Source: an uncultured Chloroflexia bacterium (GTDB lineage Bacteria; Chloroflexota; Limnocylindria; QHBO01). Taken from it: 64,000 bases of DNA. Made by a program: the position numbers and the translations under genes. The first letter of the stretch is position 1. The number at the start of each line of letters is the position of its first letter. Under the pieces are notes generated by a model, which saw only the letters and a program-made list of their open reading frames with translations, made no database searches and was not told where the DNA came from. Of this stretch, positions 46,535-58,257 are shown piece after piece. Location: NCBI GenBank assembly GCA_963827475.1, contig CAWHAZ010000005.1, positions 1,002,851-1,066,850 of the forward strand. Direction: 5' to 3'.

Positions 46535-46570
46535 GGGTAGAGCCCCGGCCTCGCGGCCGGGGCTCTACCC
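46535..46570. terminator. groEL terminator hairpin
   Basis: GGGTAGAGCCCCGGCC-TCGC-GGCCGGGGCTCTACCC, 16-bp stem just after the groEL stop. Confidence 0.8.
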
Positions 46571-46586
46571 GTTGGATCGGAGTGGA

Positions 46587-48743
<2,157 letters not shown>

Positions 48744-48747
<4 letters not shown>

Positions 48748-49560
48748 GGCGAACCGATCGCACCGATGCGCCACAGGCGCTGGTAGGCGCCGCGCGTCGC
48801 GGCGCCTACGTCCTCCGGCTCCTCGCCGCGGAGGCGGGCAATCACCGCGGCGGTCCGCAGGACGGTGGTCGGTTCGTTGCGCTCGTCCTTCGAGACGCCG
48901 AGGTACGGGGAGTCGGTCTCGACCAGAAGGTTGGTCGGCGGGATGGCGGCCGCGGCGTCTCGTGGGCCGGTGTTCTTCGGGAAGCTGACCGGCAGCGCGA
49001 AGGAGATGAGGTAGCCGGCTCCAACCAGGGCCGCCGCCATCGCCGCGTCGCCGGAGAAGGCATGGAGGATGCCGGGCACCGCGGCTCCGTGCGTGGCGTG
49101 GTCGACGAGTGCGCCCGTCACCTCGGCGTGGGCCTCGCGATCGTGGACGAGGACCGGCTTCCGGACCCGCGCGGCCAGGTCCAGCTGGCGAGCCAGGGCG
49201 TCCCGCTGGACGTCCGGCGGGGAGAGGTTGCGATAGAAGTCCAGCCCGATCTCCCCGACCGCGATGACACCGGGATCGGCGGCGAGAGCCTCCACCGCCG
49301 CCCAGTCGGCATCTGTGGCGGCTGCCACGTAATGAGGATGGATGCCGGCTGCCGCGTCGATGAGGTCGGGATGCCGTGCAGCCAGCGCAAGCGCGGCCTC
49401 GGACGACGCGCGGTCCCAACCCGGGACGAGCATTCGATCGATGCCGGCCGAACGGGCACGGTCCAGGACCGCATCGAGGTCGAGGGCGAATACCTCGTGC
49501 TGGAGGTGAGCGTGGGAATCGACGATCCCCGGCAGCCGCTCCGGGACGACGAGGCGGCTC
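48744..49560 (-). CDS. tatD: TatD family hydrolase (start uncertain)
   Basis: DSHAHL, GIHPH, GEIGLDFY, ETDSPY; downstream of metG. Confidence 0.92.
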
Positions 49561-51166
49561 AGGAGGCGGTTGCCTCGCCGGCCGGCTCCTCGGCCGCGGG
49601 TTCGTCCTCGATGCGCGGGAAGAGCGGAACGGGCGGGCCGGTCCGACGCTCCCCCGCCTCGGCGCCCCACGCCAGCAGGATGTCCAGGCCGGGGCCACCT
49701 ATCCCACGGTGGTCGTATGGGGGCGGGGTCCCGACCTGGCGGAGGAGGTCAGCGGAGGCGGTGGGGCAGAACGGTGCGAGGAGGTGTCCGAGGATGCGAC
49801 AGGCCTCACCCATCGTGGCCAGCACGACCGCCACGCGGTCCGACTCGCCCGCTTTGTGCAGCGCCCACGGGGCCTGAGACTCGGCATAGCCGTTCGCGGC
49901 CCGGGTGAGCGAGGAGAGGGCGTGCAGCGCCTCGTCGAAATGAAGACGCTCCACGGCAGCCCGGTAGTCGGCCACCGCACTCTCGGCCACCCGCTGGAGC
50001 TCCCCATCGGCATCGGTCTGGACGGAGTCCGGTCCGATCCCGGCCAGGTCCGGCAGGGTGCCGCCCAGATATCGGTCCGCCATGGAGACCGTCCGGTTCA
50101 CGAGGTTGCCGAGGTCGTTGGCGAGGTCGGCGTTGTAGCGGCGGACCATTCCGTCAACGGTGACGTCGCCGTCGCGGTCGAACGAGATCTCGCGCAGGAC
50201 GAGGTATCGCACACCGTCCACGCCAAAGGTCGCGATCGCCTGGTCCGGGTCGAGGATGTTGCCCCGCGTCTTGGACATCTTCTCGCCGCGCATGAGCATG
50301 AAGCCGTGGGCGAAGACCTTCCGCGGGAGCGGAAGGTCCGCGCTCATGAGCATCGCCGGCCAGTACAGGCAGTGGAAGCGGGTGATGTTCTTGCCGATGA
50401 CGTGGACGTCGGCCGGCCACCAATGCTCGAACGCCTCCGGGTCCCCGGGAAAGCCGGCGCCGGTGACGTAGTTGGTGAGGGCGTCGAACCAAACGTAGAT
50501 CCGATGCGCCTCGTCGCCGGGGAACGGGATCCCCCACCCCGTGCCCGACCGGCTCACCGAGAAGTCCTGGAGCCCTTCCGAGAGCCAGCCGAGGACCTCG
50601 TTGCGGAAGTGCTCCGGCTCGCAGAAGTCCGGATTCGACCGATAGAGCTCCTCGAGCGGCGCCTGGTACTTGCTCAGGGCGAAAAACCAGTTCTCCTCCT
50701 CCAGCCACTGGAGCTCGAGGGTGGGATGGTCCGGGCATCGTCCGTCGACGATCTGCTGATCGGTCTTGAACTCGTTGTCGCCGGTGCAGTACCAGCCGGC
50801 GTACGTGCCGCGGTAGATGTCGCCGGCGGCCTGGGCGCGGCGGACCATTTCGATCGAGGCCTCCCGGTGGTCGGCGTCGGTGGTCCGGATGAATCGGTCG
50901 TAGCTGATGTCGAACTTGTCGAACCCGGCCTGCCAGTTGGCGGCCCAGCCGTCGACCAGCGCCCGCGGGTCCGTGTTGCGCTCCGAGGCGAGCCGCTCGA
51001 CATTGGCCGAGTGCTCGTCCATGCCGGTCAGGAAGCGCACCTCTTTGCCTGTAAGCCGCTGGTAACGGGCCAGTACGTCGGCGCCGACCGCTTCGAACAG
51101 GGAGTGAAGGGCCGGTCCGGGGGTGGGATAGAAGATGGCGGTGGTGAGGTAGAACCGATCGGTCAC
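49559..51166 (-). CDS. metG: Methionine--tRNA ligase (short form, atypical HIGH motif)
   Basis: FLTGMDEH, FIRTT, YVWFDAL.NY, KMSKT, LANDLGNL; metG-tatD synteny. Confidence 0.9.
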   Translation of the reverse strand: MTDRFYLTTAIFYPTPGPALHSLFEAVGADVLARYQRLTGKEVRFLTGMDEHSANVERLASERNTDPRALVDGWAANWQAGFDKFDISYDRFIRTTDADHREASIEMVRRAQAAGDIYRGTYAGWYCTGDNEFKTDQQIVDGRCPDHPTLELQWLEEENWFFALSKYQAPLEELYRSNPDFCEPEHFRNEVLGWLSEGLQDFSVSRSGTGWGIPFPGDEAHRIYVWFDALTNYVTGAGFPGDPEAFEHWWPADVHVIGKNITRFHCLYWPAMLMSADLPLPRKVFAHGFMLMRGEKMSKTRGNILDPDQAIATFGVDGVRYLVLREISFDRDGDVTVDGMVRRYNADLANDLGNLVNRTVSMADRYLGGTLPDLAGIGPDSVQTDADGELQRVAESAVADYRAAVERLHFDEALHALSSLTRAANGYAESQAPWALHKAGESDRVAVVLATMGEACRILGHLLAPFCPTASADLLRQVGTPPPYDHRGIGGPGLDILLAWGAEAGERRTGPPVPLFPRIEDEPAAEEPAGEATAS

Positions 51167-51969
51167 GCCGCCGTTTCCTCGGTTGGTCCGTCCGCCGGTG
51201 CCTCAGCCTCGCTCGCCGGCCCGTGAGGGCGTGCCTTTGGCCAGTACAGCTCCTTCCGGACCTGCTCGGGCGGGAATCCACGCTCGGTCGCGATCTCGTC
51301 GATGGCGGTGATCATGTCCGGGTTCCCGCAGAGATACAGCGTGGTGTTGGCGGCGGTCAGGCCACGGCGATCCAGCTCCGCCGCCACGACCGTTTCCACC
51401 CGACCCGTCAACCCGGTCCAGTTCGGGTTCTCGTTCGGTCGCGACACGGTCCCCGCGTAGTGGAGGGGCAGCCGCTGATCGACCTCGATCTCGGTCAGCC
51501 ATTCCCGCCACGCCAGGTCGTGCTCGTGGCTCACGCCGTGGAGGAGATGGATCTCGCGGGACTCCCCGGTGGCGAGCAAGGTCTCGATCATGCTCATGAA
51601 CGGGGCGAGACCGGTCCCCGACGCGATGAACAGGCACTTCTTCCCGTCGTCCTGGAGGATGAACTTGCCCTTCGCGCCCTTCATGAACAGGGGATCACCG
51701 AGCTTGAGATCCCAGAAGAGTGGGGTGAACTCGCCCTCCGGGACGTGACGGATGAAGAACTCGTACTCGCTCAGGTCGGTGGATGGCGAGGAGATGGACA
51801 TGGGCCGGAGGATCGTCTTCCCGTCGGGGAGGTCCAGCCCCAGGGTGTTGTACTGGCCCGGAAGGAACGGGAATGGCTCCGCGTCCAGGGCCACGGCGCA
51901 GATGACGAGACCGTCGGACACGACCTCCCATCGACTCAGCCGCGCGTTGTACGGGTATCGCTCGCTCAT
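51163..51969 (-). CDS. Ferredoxin--NADP+ reductase family oxidoreductase
   Basis: RPMSISS, GTGLAPF, YLCGNPDM. Confidence 0.9.
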   Translation of the reverse strand: MSERYPYNARLSRWEVVSDGLVICAVALDAEPFPFLPGQYNTLGLDLPDGKTILRPMSISSPSTDLSEYEFFIRHVPEGEFTPLFWDLKLGDPLFMKGAKGKFILQDDGKKCLFIASGTGLAPFMSMIETLLATGESREIHLLHGVSHEHDLAWREWLTEIEVDQRLPLHYAGTVSRPNENPNWTGLTGRVETVVAAELDRRGLTAANTTLYLCGNPDMITAIDEIATERGFPPEQVRKELYWPKARPHGPASEAEAPADGPTEETAA

Positions 51970-51981
51970 CGCCGTTCCGGA

Positions 51982-52357
51982 TCATCGCGGCGCGTCGGCG
52001 AGCCGCCCTGGGGGCGGACCGATGGCCGCGGGCGGCCAGTATATCGGCGCCGGCTGCGAACTCAGGCCGGGACCTTTCGCGAGCTCCGCTTCGATGCGCT
52101 CTTGCTCTGCCGATCGGCAGGCCCGGAATCCGCGACGCTTCAGGCGCGTGTCCTCTGGGTCGTGGGGCCACGCGCCGCCGTAGACCAGTGGGGTGCCGTT
52201 CGGCCCGGCGGCGGTGGCTTCCACGGTGGACGAGAACTCCGGCGTTTCGCCCTCGTCCTCGATCGTGAACGCCGTCACCGACCTGCGGGACGGCGGACTT
52301 ATCCGCCTCCCGACAGAGAAGCTCGCCGCCGCGGTCGACGACCAGAATGACCTTCAT
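51982..52357 (-). CDS. Hypothetical protein; apparent frameshift near 52272
   Basis: MKVILVVD... from ATG 52357 appears to continue in ORF 51982..52278. Confidence 0.45.
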
Positions 52358-52364
52358 CGGCGTC

Positions 52365-52828
52365 ACCCGGACGACGAAGCCCTCGACCGATCCGCGCCAC
52401 GCCCCGGTCGGCGCGCCGCGGGACTCGATGAACTCCTTGAAGCGCTTCAGGTCGCCCTCCACCGTTTGGTCGAGGACGCCGAGGAAGTCACCGAGATTCT
52501 CGATTGGCGTCTCCGGATCGACGTCCATCTCGAGCGTGATGCGTGTCACGCCGTCGGAGACGCGGTCGAAGCGCACGACTCCGGCGTTCCGCGCGCCGCT
52601 TGTGCTCGTCCACGCCACCATCTCATCCGGACGCTGGGCCACGATCCTTGCGTCCCAATCCTTTTGCTGCCCGGCGATCTCTGCCTTCCAGTGCAGGTGC
52701 GCATCGTCCAGCTGCTGGACCGACTTCACCCCTTCCATGAAGCGCGGGAACTCCTCGAACTGCGTCCACTGGTCATATGCCACCCTGACAGGGACGTTGA
52801 CCTCAAGGGTCTTCTCGACTCGGCTCAT
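52365..52828 (-). CDS. SRPBCC (polyketide cyclase-like) protein; 3' end uncertain
   Basis: AYDQWTQFEEFPRFM...DLKRFKEFIE...GAWRG; GAGGAG RBS. Confidence 0.88.
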
Positions 52829-53123
52829 CAGATTCTCCTCGGCTTGGGCGGGGGCCTCTCGCAGCATCGGTGGCAGCTCGCGCTTCGGACGTAACGACCG
52901 CGAACGCCCACATTCCAGCTTGGTATCAACCGATAGCCGTCGCCATGTCCCGGCCGCGGCCCGACCTCGCCGAGGCGCCAAGGATTCTTGCTCGCCAGAT
53001 CGAGTTACGGCTCGATGCGAACCGAGTCCGAGACTCGCTGGAAAGGCGCCAAGGAATCGGGGTCTTAGGCGACGGCGATCAGGAACCGGGCCCCATGCCC
53101 GTTCCGGTAGCGCCGGCTGGGGC

Positions 53124-54416
53124 TCATTGGTCCCCAGGGTCGTACGTCTCGGCTGAGCGGTCATCACCGCCTGCCACCAGCACGGTCCCGTCGTCCAGGA
53201 GGGTGGCGGTGTGCCCGTGCCGCGGCGTGGTCATGTTCGCCGCAATCGTCCAGGTGCCCGTGCCCGGGTCGTACAGCTCGGCCCCGAGCCCCTCGTCTGG
53301 GCGCGTGCCACTGATGATCGAGCCGACGACGAGCACCCGGCCGTCGGGCAGCAGGGTGGCTGGCGCTCCGTAGCGCGCTTGCGTCATGTCTGGAGTTGCA
53401 GCCCATCTTCCTGTGATCGGGTCGTACAACTCCGCAGACCTCGTCGCGCTCTCGGATGCGGCGAAGAGAACCCTTCCGTCCAGCAGCAGGGTGGCGCTGG
53501 CTTCGGCGTGTCCAAAGACCATCGGCTCGGTGGCGGTCCACGTTCCGGTGCTCGGGTCGTACACCTCGGCGGTACCCGCACCCCCACCCATGAAGCCGCC
53601 TGCGACGAGCACGGTGCCATCTGGAAGCAGCACAGCGGCGTGGTATGCATGGGGAGTGATCATCGACCCGGTCGCGGTCCACGACCCGTTCCGCGGGTCG
53701 TACAGCTCGGCGGACACCTCGGGCGGGCCGCCGCTGCCGTGATCGACGCTGATGCCGCCGGCTACCAGCACGCGGCCGTCGGGCAGCAGCGTGGCGGTAT
53801 GGGCGCCGCGACCGGCGGCCAGGTTCGGGGCTGTGGTCCATGACCCGGAGTTCGGGTCGTACAGCTCGGCGGAGTCCAGCGGGGTCGTGCCGCCACTGCC
53901 CTGAGCGTCGGGCACCGGGTCAATTCCGCCGGCCACCAGCACCGTGCCATCGGGCAGCAGCGTCGCCGTGTGCCGATATCTCACGTTGGTCATCGACTGG
54001 GTGGCGGCCCACGACCGAGTGCTCGGGTCGTAGAGCTCGGCGGCGCTGGCGTTTTCCAAGTCGCTGCCCGCCACCAGCACCCGACCGTCGAGCAGCAGGG
54101 TTGCGGTGTGCAACCAGTGCGGTGTCACCAGATCTCCAGTAGGCGTCCAGGTGCCGACGGGGGCGGCCGACTCGGACGTTGGCGAGGCGTCGGGCGTCGG
54201 CGTGGCTTCGGGCGTTCCGATCGTCGGCCCCCACAGCAAGCCGAGTCCCACGATGAGCGTGATGACAATCGCAGCCGTCGCCAGACTCAGCGGCAGCATG
54301 TAGTTGGTCCTGATCTGAGACGCGGGCTCGGCGACCGCGCGAGCCATGGCCTCGCCCCACAGCTCGGGCATCTGCACTCGATCAAGGCTTCGGAATCGGT
54401 CGTTCACGTCAGTCAT
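53124..54416 (-). CDS. Single-TM Kelch-repeat protein, putative anti-sigma/sensor
   Basis: About six HTATLL.DG.VLV.GG...AELYDP repeats after a TM helix; coupled to the ECF sigma gene. Confidence 0.88.
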   Translation of the reverse strand: MTDVNDRFRSLDRVQMPELWGEAMARAVAEPASQIRTNYMLPLSLATAAIVITLIVGLGLLWGPTIGTPEATPTPDASPTSESAAPVGTWTPTGDLVTPHWLHTATLLLDGRVLVAGSDLENASAAELYDPSTRSWAATQSMTNVRYRHTATLLPDGTVLVAGGIDPVPDAQGSGGTTPLDSAELYDPNSGSWTTAPNLAAGRGAHTATLLPDGRVLVAGGISVDHGSGGPPEVSAELYDPRNGSWTATGSMITPHAYHAAVLLPDGTVLVAGGFMGGGAGTAEVYDPSTGTWTATEPMVFGHAEASATLLLDGRVLFAASESATRSAELYDPITGRWAATPDMTQARYGAPATLLPDGRVLVVGSIISGTRPDEGLGAELYDPGTGTWTIAANMTTPRHGHTATLLDDGTVLVAGGDDRSAETYDPGDQ

Positions 54417-54889
54417 CGCGATTCACCCAGGAGATGCTTGAGCCGCCTTCGTCCGCGGCTGAGGTTGGCTCGCACCGCAAGCTGCGACATGCCGGTCTTG
54501 TTGGCGATCTCGCGGATCGGTGCGTCGACGTAGTAGAAGAGGATGACGGCGGTGCGCTGCTTCTCGGGCAGTCCGGCCAGGGCGTCTAGCAGGTCCGCAT
54601 CGACCTCGGTGTCGACATAGCCGGTGTCCGGCATGTGCGAGCTCGTGCGCGACCGCTGCTTGAGCTCGCCTGCGGCGATGCGGAAGCCCGTACGCCAGAC
54701 CCAGGCTCGCGGATCGCGGATGGCGGCGCGGCCGCGAATGGCCCGCGCGAAGGCCTCCGCGACGGCGTCGCTGGCGATGTCCGGGTCGCGGCTGAATGCG
54801 AGGAGGGCGCGCCACAAGCGCTCGGCTTCCTGGCGGTAGACCGCCTCCAGCTGAGCGAGGTCGTCGGCGACTGCCGTCACTGTCACCAC
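54413..54889 (-). CDS. ECF-type RNA polymerase sigma factor
   Basis: Region 2 ASDAVAEAF..AWVWR and region 4 LAGLPEKQR...REIA...SRGRRRL. Confidence 0.92.
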   Translation of the reverse strand: MVTVTAVADDLAQLEAVYRQEAERLWRALLAFSRDPDIASDAVAEAFARAIRGRAAIRDPRAWVWRTGFRIAAGELKQRSRTSSHMPDTGYVDTEVDADLLDALAGLPEKQRTAVILFYYVDAPIREIANKTGMSQLAVRANLSRGRRRLKHLLGESR

Positions 54890-54899
54890 TATGTCCTGT

Positions 54900-54929
54900 T
54901 AGAGCCGAAATCCGGCAGAAAGGTGACAT
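54900..54929 (-). promoter_or_regulatory. Putative autoregulated ECF promoter (TGTCAC...CTCTA)
   Basis: About 10 nt before the sigma GTG; near-identical copy at 45809..45838. Confidence 0.65.
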
Positions 54930-54961
54930 TTGAGGGGAGACCGCCAGGGCCCCGGCGCCCA

Positions 54962-55016
54962 ACGACCACCGCGGCTCGCGAGGCCCCCAGAGAGGTCGAT
55001 ACTGCCCGCGAGACCC
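54962..55016 (+). repeat. Array repeat R0 (degenerate; left extension only)
   Basis: ACGACCACCGCGGCT...CCCAGAGAGGTCGAT matches the left part of R2/R5/R9. Confidence 0.6.
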
Positions 55017-55039
55017 AATTAGCTTGAGGCGGAGCCGAA

Positions 55040-55693
55040 ATGAAATCCAACCCTTTGATGGCCGTGTCCGGGTGGGAGGCGTTCATGCACGGCGTCTTCG
55101 CGATCGCGGTCACGCTCCTGGTGCTCGATATTCGCGTTCCCGACGCCGCCGAGATTGACAGCGGGGCGGCGCTCATCGACGCCCTCGTCGAGGAGATGCC
55201 GCGTTATCTCGCCTACGCATTCGGCTTCCTCTTCGTGGGCACCTACTGGCTCGCTACGCACCGATTCAATGGCTGGATGCGTGGCGTCGACCATTGGGGC
55301 CTCGTCTTGGGGCTCCTGTACCTGATGGTCATCTCGGCGGTACCGTTCGTGACTGCGCTGCTCGCTGAGTACATCGGCTTGGACGACGGTCGGGACAAGG
55401 TTGGGCTCGTCGTCTTCGCCTCCTGGCAGTTGGTCCTCTCGCTCTTGGCCATCGCCAACTTTCGTTACGGAGCGCACAGAGGGCGACTCCTCAAGCCGAC
55501 GATCGAGGAGGCGGCACTACGGACGTATTTCCGCTTCGCCATCATCGGTCCAGTGACCTGGATCGCTGCGATCCTGACCGCTCTCTTTATTGGTAGCGCC
55601 GCGACGTTGATCCTGATGGCGGTCAGCCTGGTGATCTTCCTTGTGGTCGAGCTACCCGCGCCGGTCGGTGACCAGGAGGGCGCCGCGACCTAG
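55040..55693 (+). CDS. TMEM175/DUF1211 family membrane protein
   Basis: EAFMHGVFAIAVTLLVLDI; YWLATHR; PFVTALL. Confidence 0.85.
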   Translation: MKSNPLMAVSGWEAFMHGVFAIAVTLLVLDIRVPDAAEIDSGAALIDALVEEMPRYLAYAFGFLFVGTYWLATHRFNGWMRGVDHWGLVLGLLYLMVISAVPFVTALLAEYIGLDDGRDKVGLVVFASWQLVLSLLAIANFRYGAHRGRLLKPTIEEAALRTYFRFAIIGPVTWIAAILTALFIGSAATLILMAVSLVIFLVVELPAPVGDQEGAAT

Positions 55694-55719
55694 GACGTCG
55701 GCTCGGGAGGGGGCGGACA

Positions 55720-55885
55720 TCACATCGCGACCACGGCTTCCAGCGGCTCGTCTGAGGCGCCGTTGACCGGGGTTTCGGTCTCGTCCTGCGCGGCCTGGGC
55801 CTCCTTGGCGTATTCCTTCTTGCCGCGGCCGGAGAGCATCTCAAGCTGACTGACCACGACCTCGGTCTTCCAGTGCCTCTTGCGC
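55720..55885 (-). pseudogene. 3' remnant of a single-stranded DNA-binding protein gene
   Basis: Reads KRHWKTEVVVSQLEMLSGRGKKEYA...EPLEAVVAM*, resembling the last OB strands plus acidic tail of SSB; no 5' half. Confidence 0.65.
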
Positions 55886-56001
55886 CACTGTAAGCATCTG
55901 CCACACCGATTCGTAGCGGCGCCCTTGACCGTTATCTATTGGCGCGTCCATCTTGGGCCCATCAATTCGCTGCGATCACGATGGAGGAGGGCTCGACCCC
56001 A

Positions 56002-56685
56002 ATGGAGCGTGACGACCCCGCCTACGAGGGCCAGCGTGAGTACACCCCGCTCTTCCTCAAGATCTACGACCCCTTGATTCTTGGCTTCTTCATGCCAGTC
56101 GTGTGGCGGTGCCCGACGACTCGCCTCGTGGAGGGATACCGGGAGCACCTCGGCCACCGGCACCTCGACGTGGGTCCGGGTACTGGCTACTTTCTGGCGC
56201 GAGCCGGTATGCCGGACGGCAGCCCTGTCACCCTCCTCGACCCCAACGTGCACGTCCTCGATCACGCATCCCGGCGGTTGAAACGCCTGGACCTCACGAC
56301 CATCGAGGCCGACGTGCGCAAACCACTTCCCGTCGACGGGCTGTTCGACTCCGCCGCGCTCAATGGCGTGCTCCATTGCCTGCCAGGACCGCTCCTTCGC
56401 AAGGCTGCTGCCGTTGCCAACGTGGCCGCCGTCCTCGCTCCGACTGGCGTCCTCTTCGGTGCATCGATCCTCGGGCTTTCCGGGCGACATACCTGGTTGT
56501 CTCGGAGCATTCTCGAGGCCAACAACCGGCGGGGCACCTTCGACAACCTCGGCGACACCCAGGCGGGCCTCGGCGAGATCCTCGAGGCATCGTTCGAGCG
56601 GGTGGAGCTGGAGACTGTCGGCTCAATGGCGATCTTCGCAGCCACGAATCCGCGCATGAAGCCGTCGACTGGCATGCCACGCTAG
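56002..56685 (+). CDS. Class I SAM-dependent methyltransferase
   Basis: HLDVGPGTGYFL, VLHCLPG; GGAGGAGG RBS. Confidence 0.88.
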   Translation: MERDDPAYEGQREYTPLFLKIYDPLILGFFMPVVWRCPTTRLVEGYREHLGHRHLDVGPGTGYFLARAGMPDGSPVTLLDPNVHVLDHASRRLKRLDLTTIEADVRKPLPVDGLFDSAALNGVLHCLPGPLLRKAAAVANVAAVLAPTGVLFGASILGLSGRHTWLSRSILEANNRRGTFDNLGDTQAGLGEILEASFERVELETVGSMAIFAATNPRMKPSTGMPR

Positions 56686-57050
56686 CTACCGCGACCTGGC
56701 GACCTCGGGCGCTTCCGCCACCAGGCGACGATGCCGATGATCGCCCCGACCAGGAGAATCCCGAGGCTGATCCCGACGAACCCCACGGTGCCCGAGCTGA
56801 TGTCGCAGGTCGGGTCAGACGAGCAATTCAACGCGACGCCAACCATCAACCAGAGCCACACCGCCCCGATCCCGCTGACCCAACCGGACACGAACACCAA
56901 CTGCCATCGACCCACGATTCCGAAGGCGAGCGCGAGCCCTGCGATCAGGTACGCGATCAGCCCAACCACGAAGAAGGCGTAACCAAGGGCCAGCCCGAAG
57001 GCGAACCCCGCGAGCCAGCGCACCCATCCACGACTCCAGAGCTGGATCAT
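56682..57050 (-). CDS. Small multi-TM membrane protein
   Basis: Four hydrophobic segments and a basic C-terminus. Confidence 0.7.
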   Translation of the reverse strand: MIQLWSRGWVRWLAGFAFGLALGYAFFVVGLIAYLIAGLALAFGIVGRWQLVFVSGWVSGIGAVWLWLMVGVALNCSSDPTCDISSGTVGFVGISLGILLVGAIIGIVAWWRKRPRSPGRGS

Positions 57051-57100
57051 GTTTGGAGCCGCTCCATTTCTCGAGGATACCGAGACAATCGGATCGCGAG

Positions 57101-57153
57101 CTCCCGACGCCCACCTCGGATCCTGTAGGCTCCCCGAGAGGTCGAATCGCCGG
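57101..57153 (+). repeat. Array repeat R1 (left extension, truncated before the core)
   Basis: CTCCCGACGCCCACCTCGG...GGCTCCCCGAGAGGTCGAATCGCCGG, close to R2. Confidence 0.85.
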
Positions 57154-57201
57154 CTGCGCAGCTTTCTTCGTGCCCTCCCGTCGGGGTACCGTAGCTCGAG
57201 C

Positions 57202-58137
57202 ATGGCGCAGACAGGCATCGCCCTGGCCTTCGTGGCGGTCGTCCTTGCCGCCTGCACGAGTGGTAGCGCGTCCCCGACCCCTTCGGGATCGGACGCTAGC
57301 CCGGCGGTACCCGAACCCTCCCCCAGCGCCTCGGCGAGCGCACCCGAATCCACGTCAGCAAGCCCACTCGCGGGTTCCTGCAGCGGGAACATGCTGGTGG
57401 TGGATTGCTTTGGCCGGGTGACCGCCGACGCGGTCAAGCTGCGCACGGGGCCGGGCCTCGACGCACCTCAGGTCCTTGAGCACGTGGCGGATGGGTCACC
57501 CGTCCCGGTGTTCGTCGGTCGAACCAATGGACGCGAGCAGGTCTACGTCATCGACGGGCCGCGTCAGGCCGACGGCCTCGACTGGTACCAGGTGGGGGTC
57601 ATGAACACCGGGCAGGAGCGGTCAGTTGGGCCGCTGTACGTCGGCTGGGCGGCGAGTGGCGACGGAACCGATCCGTGGCTCGTCCCCGAGGATCTGTGCC
57701 CACCAGCCGGCCCGGTCGAACTCGCCGACATGACCTATGCCCGGTGGGACTCGACGTGGGCGATCCACCTCGGTTGCTTCCGTGATCAGGTGCTCACCCT
57801 CCGCGGCTGGTTCCCGATTCTGCCGCCCGGATCAGGGTTCGAGATTCCCTATGACGTGGACGGCAGCTGTTTCGCGGAGCCCGCGTTCCTGCAGTGCGGC
57901 CCGTACAACAAGGACATTCGCACGAGTGAGATGGGCTTCTTTGATGAGAGAAACACCGACCGCCTGAACTTCACGGTGGACCCAGCCACGGGCCTTGAGC
58001 TACCTGAGCGTGGCCAATGGATCGAGATCACTGGCTCGTTCGACCATCCGGCTTCGCAGCAATGCGGCCCCGAGGCCGGGGGCATCCTGCACTGTCGTGC
58101 CGTGTTCGTCGCTACCGCTGTTTCGGTCAGTAACTAG
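57202..58137 (+). CDS. Cys-rich lipoprotein with an SH3b-like segment
   Basis: Lipobox LAAC; VKLRTGPG...DGLDWYQV...GWAA. Confidence 0.75.
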   Translation: MAQTGIALAFVAVVLAACTSGSASPTPSGSDASPAVPEPSPSASASAPESTSASPLAGSCSGNMLVVDCFGRVTADAVKLRTGPGLDAPQVLEHVADGSPVPVFVGRTNGREQVYVIDGPRQADGLDWYQVGVMNTGQERSVGPLYVGWAASGDGTDPWLVPEDLCPPAGPVELADMTYARWDSTWAIHLGCFRDQVLTLRGWFPILPPGSGFEIPYDVDGSCFAEPAFLQCGPYNKDIRTSEMGFFDERNTDRLNFTVDPATGLELPERGQWIEITGSFDHPASQQCGPEAGGILHCRAVFVATAVSVSN

Positions 58138-58158
58138 CGGCTGGCACCTCGACGCCGG

Positions 58159-58246
58159 CTCCCGACGCCCACCTCGGTTCCCTAGGCTCCCCGAGTTGTC
58201 GATTCGCCGCGAGTCCGGCCGGGGCGAACTATGCGTTATGGGAGAT
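58159..58246 (+). repeat. Array repeat R2 (full)
   Basis: Left extension plus core GCCGGGGCGAA-CTATGCG-TTATGGGAGAT. Confidence 0.9.
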
Positions 58247-58257
58247 GAGCGCAGTTC

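Noticed and set aside
52973-53058. Direct repeat AGGCGCCAAGGA (two copies) at the left edge of the accessory region
   Set aside because: Only 12 bp and about 70 bp apart, with no matching copy elsewhere that would define a target-site duplication
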